This document shows, piece by piece, positions 24,893 through 38,681 of a DNA stretch of 64,000 nucleotides. Each line of letters starts with the position of its first letter. The stretch's first letter is position 1. The stretch is from Azolla caroliniana (taxonomy: Eukaryota; Plantae; Polypodiophyta), in NCBI GenBank assembly GCA_043228905.1, contig JBHGNT010000140.1, positions 1 to 64,000 on the forward strand, in the 5' to 3' direction. The translations under genes and the position numbers were made by a program. The notes below the pieces were generated by a model. That model worked only from the letters and a program-made list of their open reading frames with translations. It did not search any database and was not told where the DNA came from.

Positions 24893-26288
24893 GTAAATGG
24901 CATTTGTAAGGTTCAATTACCATCAACACAATTATTAATGGTTTTTTGTTAATCAATGAAGCACATGTTCACCATAAGGTGTCTTGTTGTGCAACATACG
25001 TCTTTCCCGCATTGATATGCATCTTTTTCTCTTGTAAAAACAGATATTTTAGTACAATTCGAGTTCATGTAAACCCTAAACCTCTTTTATTTTTAAAAAC
25101 AAAATCTTCTAAACATGAACTCCATACATTGGATCGAGTTGATGTAAAAAACAGAGTTTTCATCACAATTCCATACAATGTATTAAATTCATATTGAAAG
25201 TTTTTTTCCCCGAATTTTAAAAAAATATAAAAAAATCGACGTTGAATTGATGAAAAAACCATATTTTTCACCACAATTAAATACAATGTATCAAGTTCAT
25301 GTTTAAGGTATTTGTTTTCAAATTTTTTAATTTTTTTTACTTTTTTTAAAAAAAAATTAGTTTTGGAAAAAAATCTTTAAACATGAATTCGATACATTGT
25401 ATCGACTTGTGATGAAAACTCTAGTTTTTTCATCACTTCAATTTTATTTTATTTTTTTAACAAAAAGACCCAAAATAAATAGGAAAAAATCACCCAAAGA
25501 GACATGAACTCAATACATTGTATCAAGTTCATGTCGAAAAGTCAGGTTTCCAACACGAACTCGATCGTGTTGAAAAACTCAGCTTTTCGACACGAACTCG
25601 ATACATTGTATCGAATTCATGTTGAAAAGTCAACTTTTCGACACAAACTCGATACAATGTATCGAGTTCATGTTTAAAGTGTTTTTTAAAAAACAATTTT
25701 GATTTTTTTTCTATTTATTTTTGGTCTTTTTGTTTTGTTTTCTTTTTAATTTGAAGTGATGAAAAAACTAGAGTTTTCATCACAAGTCAATACAATGTAT
25801 CAAATTCATGTTTAAAGTTTTTTTTCCAAAATAAAAATTTTAACCAAATTTGAAAAAAAAAAAAAAAAATTTCATTAAACATGAACTCGATACCTTGTAT
25901 TGAATTGTGGTGAAAATTCTGGTTTTTTCATTAACTCAAGCTTGATTTTTTTTATTTTTTTTTTAATCCGGGAAAAAAACTTTCAACATGAATTTAATAC
26001 ATTGTATGGAATTGTGATGAAAACTTTGTTTTTTACATCAACTCGATACAATATATAGAGTTCATGTTTAGAAATCTTCATTTTTTTCAAATAAAAGAGG
26101 TTTAAGGTTTACATGAACTCGAATTGTACTAAAATCTCTATTTTTATAAGAGTAAACGATGCATATTGATATTGTAAAGAAGTATGTTGCACAACAAGAT
26201 ACCTTATGGTGAACATGTGCTTCCTTGATTAACAAAAAACTATTAATAATTGTGTCGATGGTAATTGAACCTTGAAAATGCCATTTAC
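24893..26288. mobile_element. Non-autonomous foldback / long-TIR element (Mutator-like MITE candidate), a ~1.4-kb imperfect palindrome
   Basis: gtaaatggcattt..aaggttcaattaccatc.acacaattattaat... at 24893 is mirrored by ...attaataattgtgtcgatggtaattgaacctt..aaatgccatttac ending 26288. The arms match inward towards ~25590. No coding capacity. Confidence 0.8.
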
Positions 26289-26899
26289 TTCACAAATTTT
26301 GTAGGGGAGTTCTCAAAATGAAGAAGAGGAGAGCATTGTGGGTACCTTGATAACTATGTGATATATTCAAATTGATTCTTGTTTACATCTAAGTTTGACA
26401 ATTTTGACAGTTTATGAATATCATCTACATTTTAGGAGTTATGGATTTATCAAAATCGTCTATGAATATTGTATACATTTCTTGAGTTGTCAATTTATGG
26501 ATGTTAATGAGCACTAAATTTATAGATGATGGCATTAAGGATTACAATGTTACCTCTTATACTTAAAATATTTTTAAGTCTAACAATAGATGTAACTTCC
26601 ACTTCTAGAACCTACATCTCCTCAAGATGGTGAAACCATTAATCTTAACTTGTGCCTTGAGTTAACCATTGTGATTTTCTTTAAGTTAACTACATTTCAT
26701 ATCTACAGACCATCAACGTTTAAACATTTATTGAAAAACTATTCAATTTTAGAAATTATCATTTTGAAACTTGTTAAATCTCAAAAAATTCGCAAATTTT
26801 ACATGTTATTTAAAACATGTGATACATGTGTATCAAGTTTCTGAAAATTGCCTAAAATCACAAGATTATAAAAGGAATCTATAAGTGAAATGCACGATC

Positions 26900-28140
26900 C
26901 TTCCACTTGTAAACGCGAACATGTTACTCCTGAAGTAGGTCAGTCGGTTGTATTTCGCCTTCATGCTTCTAGTTGCTTGAAGTGAGGCCTTTCCATCGAT
27001 TTGACCGTAAATCGTGCTTCATCGAGTTAGACAACAATCACTCAGGCCTTCCAGCGAACCACTCGCTCTCCGTAACCATCCGAAGCAGATTCGGTACTAG
27101 GAGCAACCCCCTTCCTACTTCATTCGACTAGCCAACATTCAAGAAGACTAGTCAGATCTGACCCTCTCATTGTTGTAGTCACTCGAAGCAAGATCGGCTT
27201 GGAGAATTGGTACAATCAGCATATAATATGTGATTGGACTTTGAAATCGGCAACCAGAATCAAATTGATAGTTAACTGTGCTCAATCTAGCTAGGCGACA
27301 TTCGGGAAGTGCTCTCGAGACCGTTGATCTCAGTCCGACAACTTGAAGACAGTATTCGTGCAGGTTTCTCATCGAGAGGGTGGACACTCAAGAAGGAGAA
27401 CCTCCTGCTTGCTCGAGGACCAAAAGGACATTCATTGTACCCATTATACATCACACTCAGAGAGGGTGACTTGTTCCTTGTTGATATCCTCGTGTCATCA
27501 TTATGGCATTGATGACTCGGACACCTCATCAAGGACGGCATAATGCATTTATCTAGAGTTGGATACATCCCCAAACTCTCTTTCTCGGATCATCCGTTTT
27601 GCGAGCATTGCCAATACGGCAAACAAATAGTCGCTTCACACCCGACGGCAACACTGAGGGAATCGAGTTCGCTCAATTTGGTCCATTCAAACACCCGACA
27701 GCAACATCGAGGAGCGTTTTAAGTCTAAAGAATTCGTCAAATTTTTCCGGCAACGTGGCATCAAATGTGAATACATGGCACCACATAATCCGAAGCAGAA
27801 CGGAATTGTTGAAAGGATGAATCGGACAATTCATGAATGTATAATATCCATGCTCCAACACTCTAGACTGTCGGGTAGCTGCTGTGTAGAGACCCTACTT
27901 ACGACAGTATACATCATCAATATGTCACTGAGTAGGCCTCTATGACTTCGAATGATGCAAAATTCGAAATCGGTCGGCTTGACACTGTCGACTAACTGCA
28001 AGCTAAGCAAAGATCAATCTCTGAAGACAAAAGTAGAGAAAGTTGAGATGACGAAGGTCCCTTATGCCTTAGCAGTCAGAACGCTAATGTACGTTGTCGC
28101 GGAAATCAAGCAAGACCTTAGCAGTCAGAAGCCTAATGTA
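26900..28140 (+). mobile_element. Highly degenerate Ty1/Copia retrotransposon remnant
   Basis: GAG-pre-integrase-like GWTLKKENLLLARG..SLYPL..SLWH and CEHCQYGKQ; integrase-like PKQNGIVERMNRTI; RT-end-like EMTKVPYALAVRTLMY. The INT-before-RT order is that of Copia. Confidence 0.75.
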
Positions 28141-28840
28141 TCGGATTAGGTAGGACCACCGGGGTCACGGACCGAGGAGAGATGGATACTAGAAGGTCGT
28201 TTTCTCTAGGACCGGTTACACCGGTTGTGGCACCAACCAGAACGATTCCGGATGCGAGCCGGAAGCAACCGAACCGGACAAATCCGAATGGGTCCAGGTA
28301 AGTTCCGGAAGCAACCAAATTGAAGAGAGGGAGAGCACATGCACGCACATCGGCTCTTCGGACCCTCTTATGTATAGAAAAGGCAAGAGCAGAAATCACA
28401 TGGCTCGACCGAGACCAGGTATATACGAGTCACCAGACCGAAAGCGGAGACACCTCGTGACACAGAACAACTCGACACACACACACATCACAAGCGCATC
28501 CAGACATGACGAAAACAGAAGACACTGACATGGACATATGCACACCGAAGTTTCTCATATATACTAACAAGGGACACAAGTTACAACGCCGGTTTCGAGC
28601 CGGTCCAATACCGAACAAATATAGCGACCGTCCACATGCAAGCTCCAGTCAGGGAGCACTCGGGCTCGCCTACGCGAGTGGAATCTTTCATAGGAGACAG
28701 AGTTACAAATGGAAACCCTTAGAGCATATGAGCCCTCAACTGAACTAAACCCAAAGTGGGGAACTAACAAAAACTCAAAACCCACCAAAGACTGGGAACC
28801 CTAAACCTCCACTCCAGAAGGAAACCCAACCCACATGACG
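28141..28840 (-). repeat. Possible LTR fragment of an unrelated family
   Basis: A GC-richer non-coding block between the Copia and LINE remnants. Its right end reads CGTCATGTGGG on -, one mismatch from a TGTCA LTR start. No TSD or partner LTR was found. Confidence 0.25.
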
Positions 28841-28845
28841 ATTAT

Positions 28846-30716
28846 TTGAGTCCACTATTATTTGCAATTGCTACACACCCGATTTTGGCGAGGATGCATG
28901 AGTTGGCAACACGTGGGGAAGTAGTTGGATTAGCTCTACCATCATGGAAACATTTGATCGCTCAAGCATTGGCTAATGATTCATTTTTATTTCTCAAAGC
29001 AACACCTGATAACATTGCTAAAGCCATGGAGGTGTGGAATGTGTTCGCATTGGCATCAGGATTACATATAAATATGCAGAAGTTGATGCTCATTAGATGC
29101 ACTAAGAGTGATTTGGTGGATCTTGGATGGGGTGGCCAAATATTAGATCCAGGGAATGTGTGTCGACACTTAGGTTACCTTATTGGTGTTGATATCTCAT
29201 CATCACAAAGTTTGAATTGGATATCGGGAACCATTTTGGACAAATTTATGTATTGGAAGTCTCAAGCATATGGCCGTTTACTACTCATCTCAAAGTGGTA
29301 CAAGCTATAATGATTCCAATGATTTCTTATTTTTTGCCATTGTTATCATGGACAAAGAAATCACTTGATCATTTAGCTCACTCACTTAAATATACACTAT
29401 GGAAGAAAGTCACAAACCTTGGTATGAGTTGGGTATCATGGAACAATATTTGTACCCCAAAACGGTTAGGGGGTGCTGCTTTACTCAATTTAGAAGATCA
29501 TATGATGGCTCGAAGATTCAATCTTTTGAAAGGTATGTGCATAGGTACCCAACCTTGGGCAAAAATAACTACGTATTTTGTGGAAAAGGTTGGTATTTAC
29601 CATGGGAAAACGATAATTACAACTTCGTGGTGGCATATTGTTAATAGTACTCGGCAATTTAAATGTTCAGAATCTAGTATGGTTCAACAATTGGTGCTTT
29701 CGTGGCAGCGGTGTTTGAAGTTGTTTAATTGGAGGCCTCTTGAGTGCAGAAAAGATATAAATTCATTGGCAGTAGAGGTGTTGGCAACTTCAAGGATATT
29801 ACACTGGGAGGGAAAAGAAACTCTAAATTCATAGTTCAATCGAATGGCAAGGTTAGGTTTGATAACTGTAGAAGATGGTGTTTTAGCGTCACGTAGGAAA
29901 ATGATGGCCTTTCAAACAATCAGAAATAAGTTTCATATACCACGTGGATATGGGTATATTTGGCAATCAATATTGGCAATGCCTACATTAGTTTTCCCAA
30001 TTCCAGAGTTGGTGGTCGAGGAACCATGGAAAGATTGGTCATTTGGTAATGGGAAAACGATTTTTCTGGTGAACACTAATGATGTGTACCATAAGTTGGT
30101 CGAAGATAGAGCTTGGTTAGAAAATAAGGTGTTGGATACATGGAGCATTACTAGAAATGTAAAGTGGTGGCGTAGAGTTTTAGATGTTGGGTGGCAGTCT
30201 CATCTTCCATTCCGTGCAAAGGTGTTTCTTTGGCGTGCCATAGTTGGTGGGTTGCCTTTGGCGATGGCCTTAAAACGAAGACATATTTCGAATGGGACAT
30301 GTTTTTTCTGTATGGTGGTTGAAGAAGATGCTAGACATAGGTTTATTACATGTTCGGTAGCTAAGGCCATTTGGGTGATTATGTCACAAATTTGGGCATC
30401 GATAACAAGAAATATTTTGTCACCTTATAAATGGGTTTTTATAGATGAGAATAAAGTTATGCCCACACCATCATATAAGGTGGTTTTTTATTACCTTAGA
30501 TATTGGGGGATGTGGTTTAATTGGACCATGAGAAATGAGTTCTTGTTTGATGGACTTCATGGGATAGCACAACAAATCCGTAGGATGAAAGGAAAATTGA
30601 TTTGGCAATTTTCACAACTATGTTGTATGGGGATCTTGTACCAAGAGGAGATAGACTTATGTCATCTAGTTTTACAACACTTGAGAGGGTTTCCCTTGCA
30701 CTATCACTATTTATGA
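28846..30716 (+). mobile_element. 5'-truncated L1-type LINE (RT C-terminal half and zf-RVT), disrupted
   Basis: LSPLLFAIA, degenerate A(N)DS catalytic motif, SGLHINMQK, HLGYLIG, VSWNNICTPKRLGGAAL, KVFLWRAIVGGLP..CFFC...EDARHRFITC. Confidence 0.88.
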
Positions 30717-30777
30717 AGTAGTGAAGATAGCAAGGGGTGTATTATAATTTTGTTTTAATAACAAACATTGATTTACG

Positions 30778-30780
<3 letters not shown>

Positions 30781-30827
<47 letters not shown>
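30781..30827. repeat. (AG)n microsatellite between two LINE 3' ends
   Basis: Pure AG dinucleotide run. Confidence 0.95.
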
Positions 30828-30831
<4 letters not shown>

Positions 30832-32700
30832 ATTATCGTCTTCGGAGGTCAAATATGACCTATGAGGTCCCAAAAATATTACATTTCACATTATACATGT
30901 GAAGGTGAGTAGCGACTCTCGATGTTCAAGAACTTTACCAATGAATGTTGCAATCGAGAGTGCACATCGTGGTTGTGAGAGAAATTTGTGCAAGGATTGG
31001 GCTCGATTGAAGAGATGTGGAAAGCATGGTCGAATATGATCAAAGGCAGAGCATTGTATCAAAGTGTGATACTCAGACTCTCGAACTTGTTTAGGGCAAA
31101 GTGTGCATAGTCAGCCACTCTCATCACTTGTGCCCCAACGCCCCATCTCACATCTCAATGCGTGCGAGCGAAGTCGCATGGAAGCAATGGTTCGAATAAC
31201 AAATATTGGGATGGGCTCTAACATGTATTGATGTGTACGAGTTCCCCGTTCCGCAAAGAATATGGTTTTGTAGTTAGGTGCAACATTTGTAGTATAATGT
31301 GTGAAGCGTGAGCCACCACATTTGTCCCATGTCATGATACATTGGCATTGCAAAAAGGCCTCGGCCCTCATTTAGAGAGGAATCTAGTGACACATCATGA
31401 AGCAAGTGTCTTGCATCCCATCTACCAAACCATTTTTCTAAATCTTGCATCCAACCAGAACACAAAATTTTGCTTTTATGCGTCTTTTGGATCTTTTTGC
31501 TTGCTTCCCATGCAATTCTAGGAAGTTGATATGAGGGGCTTCTTTTAACCTTAAGCATGTATTCAACAACCCTTTCCATGGCCATGATCTCAATGGGAAG
31601 CGATCACGTCTCAAGGAGGAGGAGGGTGTAGGGCGTTTGTTTCTTAACTTGTAGAAACTTTGTAAGAAAATGTTTTTGGACCTTTTCAAACTCTTTTCAC
31701 GTAGATTTAGGGATGCTACCACCCCACGCTTCCACCCCATAGAGAAAAACCAGGGTCACCAAAGTGTCAAAAAGATATTTCTTGAGGACCCAACACTTAA
31801 TATCTCCAAGATATCACGTGTTCTCAAATGCATAATATGCTCGCTTACCCGCCTCTAAGCGACGTGTAACACATTCATTCCATTTATGATTTGAAGGAAC
31901 TTCAAGGCCAAGATATTTGAAGCTTTCCACACATCCAAGTGGTTCATTGTTGTACATAATGCATGGTTTATCTCTTTTTTGACTCTTCACAAGCATAATC
32001 TTTGTTTTAGAGCTATTGACACTTAATCTTTTGTGCAATTCCTGAAGTATTTGCAAAAAGCACTACATTATCCGCATATAACAAAAGCATAATCACAACA
32101 TTCCCAATGGCAAATTCTTCAACACATTCTTCCTTTACAAACTTGGTAACCATTTCTTCTAATTCATCAATGCATATACCAAATAATGTTGGTGAGAGTG
32201 GGCATCCTTGCTTAGCACCAATAGTGTTATTGAAAAATCTGAAAGTCTATCTCTCATATGCACACAACATATAACCTTCTCATATATTCAGGAAATTGCA
32301 AGCATATATTCACTTGGCACCTCAAGTTCTTCCATCCGCCTCCAAAGATGCTCACGAGGTACCATATCAAAAGCTTTCTTGAAGTCTACAAAGCAACAAT
32401 ATAAACCTTTACCTCTAAGGCGACTTTCCTCCATTAATACTCGAAAAGTGACAAGATGATCAATGGTGCTATGGTGTTTTCGAAAACCAGCTTATCCATA
32501 AGCTCTCTTACCATTTTTTTCTGCCCACACACCTATCTTTGATTCCATTATACATCCAAATAGTTTTGCCATTAATGAGCCAACCATGATGGTTCGATAG
32601 TTGTTAACATTATTTACATCTCCGCCTTTATGTAAAGGTTTGATCCAATTTTTAATCCAATCATATGGCATACCATGTTGCAATGCATCATTAAACATAT
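30828..32700 (-). mobile_element. 5'-truncated non-L1 LINE (RTE/RTEX/L2-like RT with C-terminal CCHC), disrupted
   Basis: IKPLHKGGDVNNVNNYRTIMV, QAGFRKHHSTIDH, CFVDFKKAFD, KQGCPLSPTLF, LLYAD, VNSSKTKIM, FKYLG, LRCEMGRW..LCTLC..ESEYHTLIQC. Confidence 0.88.
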
Positions 32701-35700
32701 CGCATATCCATATATGTGCTCAATGGAGACTAGAAGGTCATGGGTTTAACCCCTGCTTTCCACACTCACATCTAGTATAGTAAATTAAGTGAAATCTATG
32801 GAGTAATAGATAGGTGAGAAAACTATGTCTCGACCCTAATACCTAAGGCAGATGATTACGATGAGACACAGAGACAGAGAGATGGATTAACAACCTTGGG
32901 TTGATCACTAGTAGCTTGACACTAGGGTAAGGCCATCCCCAACACAAATAAAAACTTAGCATCTTGGGAGGCCAAATCTAGCCTATCGAAGCAACAAAAC
33001 CTACAAAATAAACTCGTCTACAATCAATTGTGAGAGAAGTAGGGAGGTGCAAGTAAATAAAAAGGGAGATGAGAGACGTTTTAGGGGTTTTCTAATACCT
33101 AGAACCGGTTTTCATCCTGCCAAGGACTTTCCATTTGCCTTATTTGTGTGGTTGGTGCCTTGAGTTCATTGTTACATATGAGTTTATTGGGGCCATGGAA
33201 AGGAAAAGGGGATGGGGTTAAATGCAGCCTATGCATACACACTCTTTGGAGTGTACTTATGACATCATAGGGTAATATTCTTCCTTTTTGCTTAAAGGGA
33301 TTTAAACTTTATCGACTCGATATTGAAGCTTGTGAAAAGTCATTTCATCAAGACATCATTTGTTTTCATCATACATACTTTAAATCATTATTAAAAATCA
33401 ACCGTAGATGGAAAGTCATTTCAAAAGTAGTTCCCATTGGACTTTGAAATTTTAAGTATTGCATGTCTTATCATGATTCAATAAAATTAATTGCAATGGC
33501 CATTGTATATCTTTAAGACACATTGGTAATGTGCTCTCATTCAAATATGTTGATGGCTTATTATTGTTTTGCATACATAATAGCAAGCCAGTAAGTACTT
33601 TGTGTAATAAAGTAGCATTGTTGCTTCATAAATTGCAAGAGCGCATGTATGACTATCTATCATGCACATGCATATTATCTTGTGACTCATGTATACTAAG
33701 TAGTGTACCTCGATATGCCTAAGTGTGATGAGATGCATATGTTTCAATGGTTCATTATAGTTTTTGATTGGATAATAGCAATTCGAAAAATACCTTACAT
33801 AAGGTAGTACTTATTTTCATTGATAATTTGCCAGGCACATGTATATGCAATCTATTTCCCAGCTCAGCCATACTAAGTAATGTACCACTAGGTATGTATT
33901 AATCCACTACCAAATTTCATGTACATTTGAGACATACTTGAACACTCTTTAAATGTTCTACGAAAACGACACCCCTTTTAATGTCCTTAAATGCCTCGAT
34001 AAAAGAACAACTTTTATATCTTGTTTTTGTATAGTTATTACCAACTTTTTGTGAAGGAGTAGATGCATTATACTATATCCATGTAATGAATTGGCTTTAT
34101 ATTAACTATGGCAATGTACTCATACCTATTGGGCTTCTAAACTCTCCCTTGAAGATAATGTTGTGAAAGAGAACAAAATATACAATGGTGTATGCACAAA
34201 TGTATCATTGTTTACCTTGGACTTTCAAATACGCGCACAAATTGAAGAAAATATAACATTGTCCTATATTTCATCACGTGTATGTAGGCGCAAACAATAG
34301 ATAACGATTACTGTGGTAATGCTTTCAAACGGTGTAAAAAAAACAATAATGGAAAAGTGAGTCATCTTATTGCAAAGGGGGGTTGGCAACCTACATAACA
34401 AATCTTGAAAACATGCATGAGAGAGAGAGAAAGACCCACACACACATGAACAATGATAGAGAAGGGAAGATAGGTAAAGACGATCTCAAATTTTGACTTC
34501 GAGAACCAATAGAAACTATATACCCTCCTACAGACACGTTTACGTAAACATGATACCTTTTGCATGGAAATGATTTATTCAATAGAATATTGGCATCCCT
34601 CTTGTTGACGTATTGACTTGCCCTAAAAAGTCCCTTTTGAAAATCTAGCTCCCCGGAAAAATATAACATAGATTTTGATACTTTACAAAAAGGTTACATC
34701 TATCTTGTTTGAGACGATAATGGTTGAGAATCCGATATGGACCATATAATTGGAAAGAAGATGATATGCTTAAAATATACCTACCCCCACCATCACTTTA
34801 AGTGTAACACACATTCTACAGTATACATATATTACTCTTCCATCAACTTGCGATCCACATATTTGTCATTCCATTACTTTCATTTCATCAATAAGGTTGA
34901 AACCCCTTAATAATTTTTAATTGCTCTTGATTTGTATCCACTCTACAAATTAAGGGCATCCCCATTGAATATTAAATATATTGGCATTTATTACGTGGAG
35001 CAACTTCGAACACGAGTGTGCCTACTATTGAGAAGGGAGGAATAACAAATAATAAATTACATATTCTCTGAGTAGATGGCATTCTCATCCATTCAAATAG
35101 AAAGATGGTGTTTATGTTTACGATTCAACACACGAAGTTATCAAAGTCTTCAATGTCATCGAGCCACCATGACAAAAAAAATGCCCAAGAATACTACAAA
35201 TGTCATGAAAATAATAGCATCCAATGTCCACTATGTCCAAGATTCTCGATATCATGATAAAGGGTTTTCAACAAGAAGCCTAACACCACTAAACCAAATA
35301 CTAGGCATTTCAGGGTCTTTCATGGTAGAGAAATTATGTTTGCACCAATAATAAAGCAACGAATGAAATTTAAATGAAACAACATAAAGGATGTATGATG
35401 GACCCAATCAATGATAAGGTAGAAATTTAGATGTATATGGGAATCATAACTTTTTGAGTTGACAAAGACGCAACACTAAGTGAATGAAATTTACCATAAG
35501 GTCTTGATATAACTTATCAATCCAGTTTTTCTTTTCTAAAAAGAACACAACACAAATCTCTACTTTTACTGCAATATTACACTTTATGGAGTTCTTGTTC
35601 AAATTGTTGGATGTCCTACTTCTGGAGAATGTCTCATACTTGCTTCTACAAAATTTAGACATTTGTTTCCAAATTTTCCACTCCTATTTTTATTCTTGTG

Positions 35701-36807
35701 GAACCTAAATTTTCTACTTTTGTAAAATTTATTCTTTTCGTGGAACCTGTCACTCTCATATTTGCGATGTGAGTGTGAACTTATGAATGAACCCAACAAA
35801 AACGCAACAACCACCATCGACCATTGTAGTTGTTGAGTAGCTCATTCAAATACTCAACAAATTACATGCATAGCAAACATGTTGTATGCCTTTTCATTTA
35901 CACTCCTTGTGTATTTATGTGTTCACAAGTAATATTGATAATCTAATCACATCACTTATAGACAAAGACATGCATGTTGCAGTATTTCGTGTTAAAGTTA
36001 TTGGTGGATGCAAATTTGATATTTTTCTTAAATAACCTTTCAAATTTGGACTAGTGTACTCGTTAGAAAGATAATGAAAATTTTCATGTCAGGTTAATGA
36101 TATGAGTTGTGCTTGCCTCTCATTAACATGTTGAAGAAGGAGATAAGAATCATTGTATTATTTGGTCACTTATTGAGGTACTATAATTTCTTGTTTGATT
36201 TTATGTTTCTCGGTTTGAAATCAATCACTATAATGTATATTTATGTTCATTGTCAAGTTGTTTCTTCATACCATTGAGCATTTGGAAAGCATCTCATGTG
36301 TAGCCATTCGAGGAGTGAGTTTTGATAGCATGGATAGAAATGTTTATTTTTTATGCTATCAACTACACATAAACATATCACTCACAATATTAACTCAAGA
36401 CTACCTAACATGAGATCAATGATTTGACGTGCTCATTTGGGGTGCCATTATCTTGAGAGTGGTTTATCTAGGTATATGGGCAAAAATAAGGAAATTTCGA
36501 TCAACTCTAACCTTGCAAGTTTTAGATTAACCTTAGGTTTGGTGCAAAATATGTTAGGGTAGGGTTAAAGGTTAACAAGCATTGGAGCCATAGCTCATTG
36601 AGAAAGTATGCCTCACTTGGCAAGGTTTCGTTTATCAAAAAGGTATCTTGCATTGGGTATCAATGTGGTACAAAAGCAAGTACATAATCTATCTATCAAC
36701 ATGTTTTCCAACTATCTATCCATCTTTTATTAGTTCTAAACTTCTATGTTTATGCATGTTTCCTATACATATCTATTTATCAACATGCTTATACATCTAT
36801 CGACCCA

Positions 36808-36842
<35 letters not shown>

Positions 36843-38681
36843 AACAACTCACTTGATCATCGATGCTTTTGGTTCCAAGCTAGGTCATAGAACTCCCTTG
36901 ATTAGGTCATCAAACATGTTTGCAATGCAATGTGCAACATTTTAACTTAACCAATAATGGATGGTTGCACATTTTACACATATGCATAAATAAGATGGGG
37001 CCCTCTCTATGTTAAGAGTGGTGATAATAGGTTGGTACATTGGTTTATTGAATGTATAGCTAAAGAACTTATATTAGCCATTGCTTTGTATACTATCTCA
37101 AGCTACAACGATTATTTGCCAAATAGTTCGGAACCACATTTCGCTAGGATTTGGCTATTCATTGAGATTGTGATTAGGTGGTTCATTGCACATGACTCTC
37201 CCAAACCACTGCGGGATTGGGATATTGAGATGTGGAGTGGCTCTCTTATTTTTGAAGATTCAAACTATTCTTGAGTATGGAGTATTAGAATGATTCACTA
37301 AGGTTGCCATGCCATGATGTGTGACACGTTAATGAGAAGCTCAAGCTCATGCACTCAATTTCCTTTTGCTAATGTGCCACTTTGGTATCCAATATCTTCA
37401 TTTGTAATCCATTACATCCTACAAAGTTGGAGTCTCCTCCATTGCTCCCTTGTTCACATGCCATGGACCTTTCTTTAAGAGATCGAGCAACATATTCTTT
37501 GGAGAACATTTCTTAAACACTTGCAAAGGTCACTAACTAAGGGAGGATACACATTAATTGGGGTAGATGGGATGTTGGTTTCACGTCTTTTCTATTTGTA
37601 GCAATTTACCAATTGTTCCTTGATGTTAGTTTTATTGGTGATTACATTGATATTTCTAGGGGAGTGGTTCAATCAACTACTCAAAACTAGTAATTGTGAT
37701 TCAAAGGGCCCCACATGTGGATGTCGAGGTTTCTTTAACGAGATAAACTCTAATGGTGGATCATTTTTGTGTTTATGGTGTGGATGCTTTTCATGAATCA
37801 TACTGATAAATTTCCATATTATAATTATGTCACAGTACCATGATATTTATGGTCGACCTATATTGGAGTTATGGGCTCATTTAAAAATTAAAGTGTGGTA
37901 TATCCAAGGGTGAGACTCTAGGAGTTAATTAAGACTTCGGATTTGGGAGGGTGCTTACTTAGTTATCGTGTGCGTGTTTGTGGCAAGTGGTGGTGGTCTT
38001 CAACCCTCCAATACCCAAATGTTGGGGTTCATTCAATTCTCATACTCTATGTAGTTAGAACTTAGGGGGGACAAACATTCGAGCTGGGCAACACTATGTC
38101 ACTCCCATGTAATTATGATAATGATCCCACATTAGAACCATTCACACATTTTCGAACCTTTCTTGGTCAATTGTTTATTTTTTTGAACGCTAGATTGTAC
38201 ATGCAGGGTTACAATGAGGAACTTGAGCGTCCTATGGCAAGGCACAATCCCCACGTGAATAGGATGTGATGATCGCATGTCGAAGCCACATGCGCACTAT
38301 CTATGGCTATGTTCACATTGTCTGGACAATCACATATTGTGCTTTATGCCAAAGAGCTATTGGGTATTGCGGAGGCGATTTGGGGTGTGCGCTATTTGCA
38401 TCGAGCTTAATGACGATAATCGTTGAAGGCCACCCTGTGACCACAGGCTTTTCGAGAGATACTTCCAACATCACTATAGGGGCATTGTTCATTCATGAGT
38501 ATTTTCTTTGAGCTCCTGGCTAGTGTTGGCGATTACGGAGACAAGACACAACCGCTCGATGATTCCACGGACCACGCCAAGATTTTGTTGTTGGAACTTG
38601 GTTGGTTGTCCATAAGAAATCTCGTGGAGCCCAACTTCCAAGAGCTCTCTCTCTAGCTCTCTCTCTCTCTCTCTCATGACA

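Noticed and set aside
12483-24894. ACGT...ACGT as a single TSD flanking a B+C composite
   Set aside because: The sequence beyond the two ACGTs is unrelated (A LTR versus foldback TIR), so they are not halves of one target site. Shared target preference explains the match better.
25100-26070. CRISPR-like array of palindromic repeats with spacers
   Set aside because: The spacers are irregular A/T tracts that mirror each other across the element centre, there are no cas genes, and the context is eukaryotic. The foldback element explains it.
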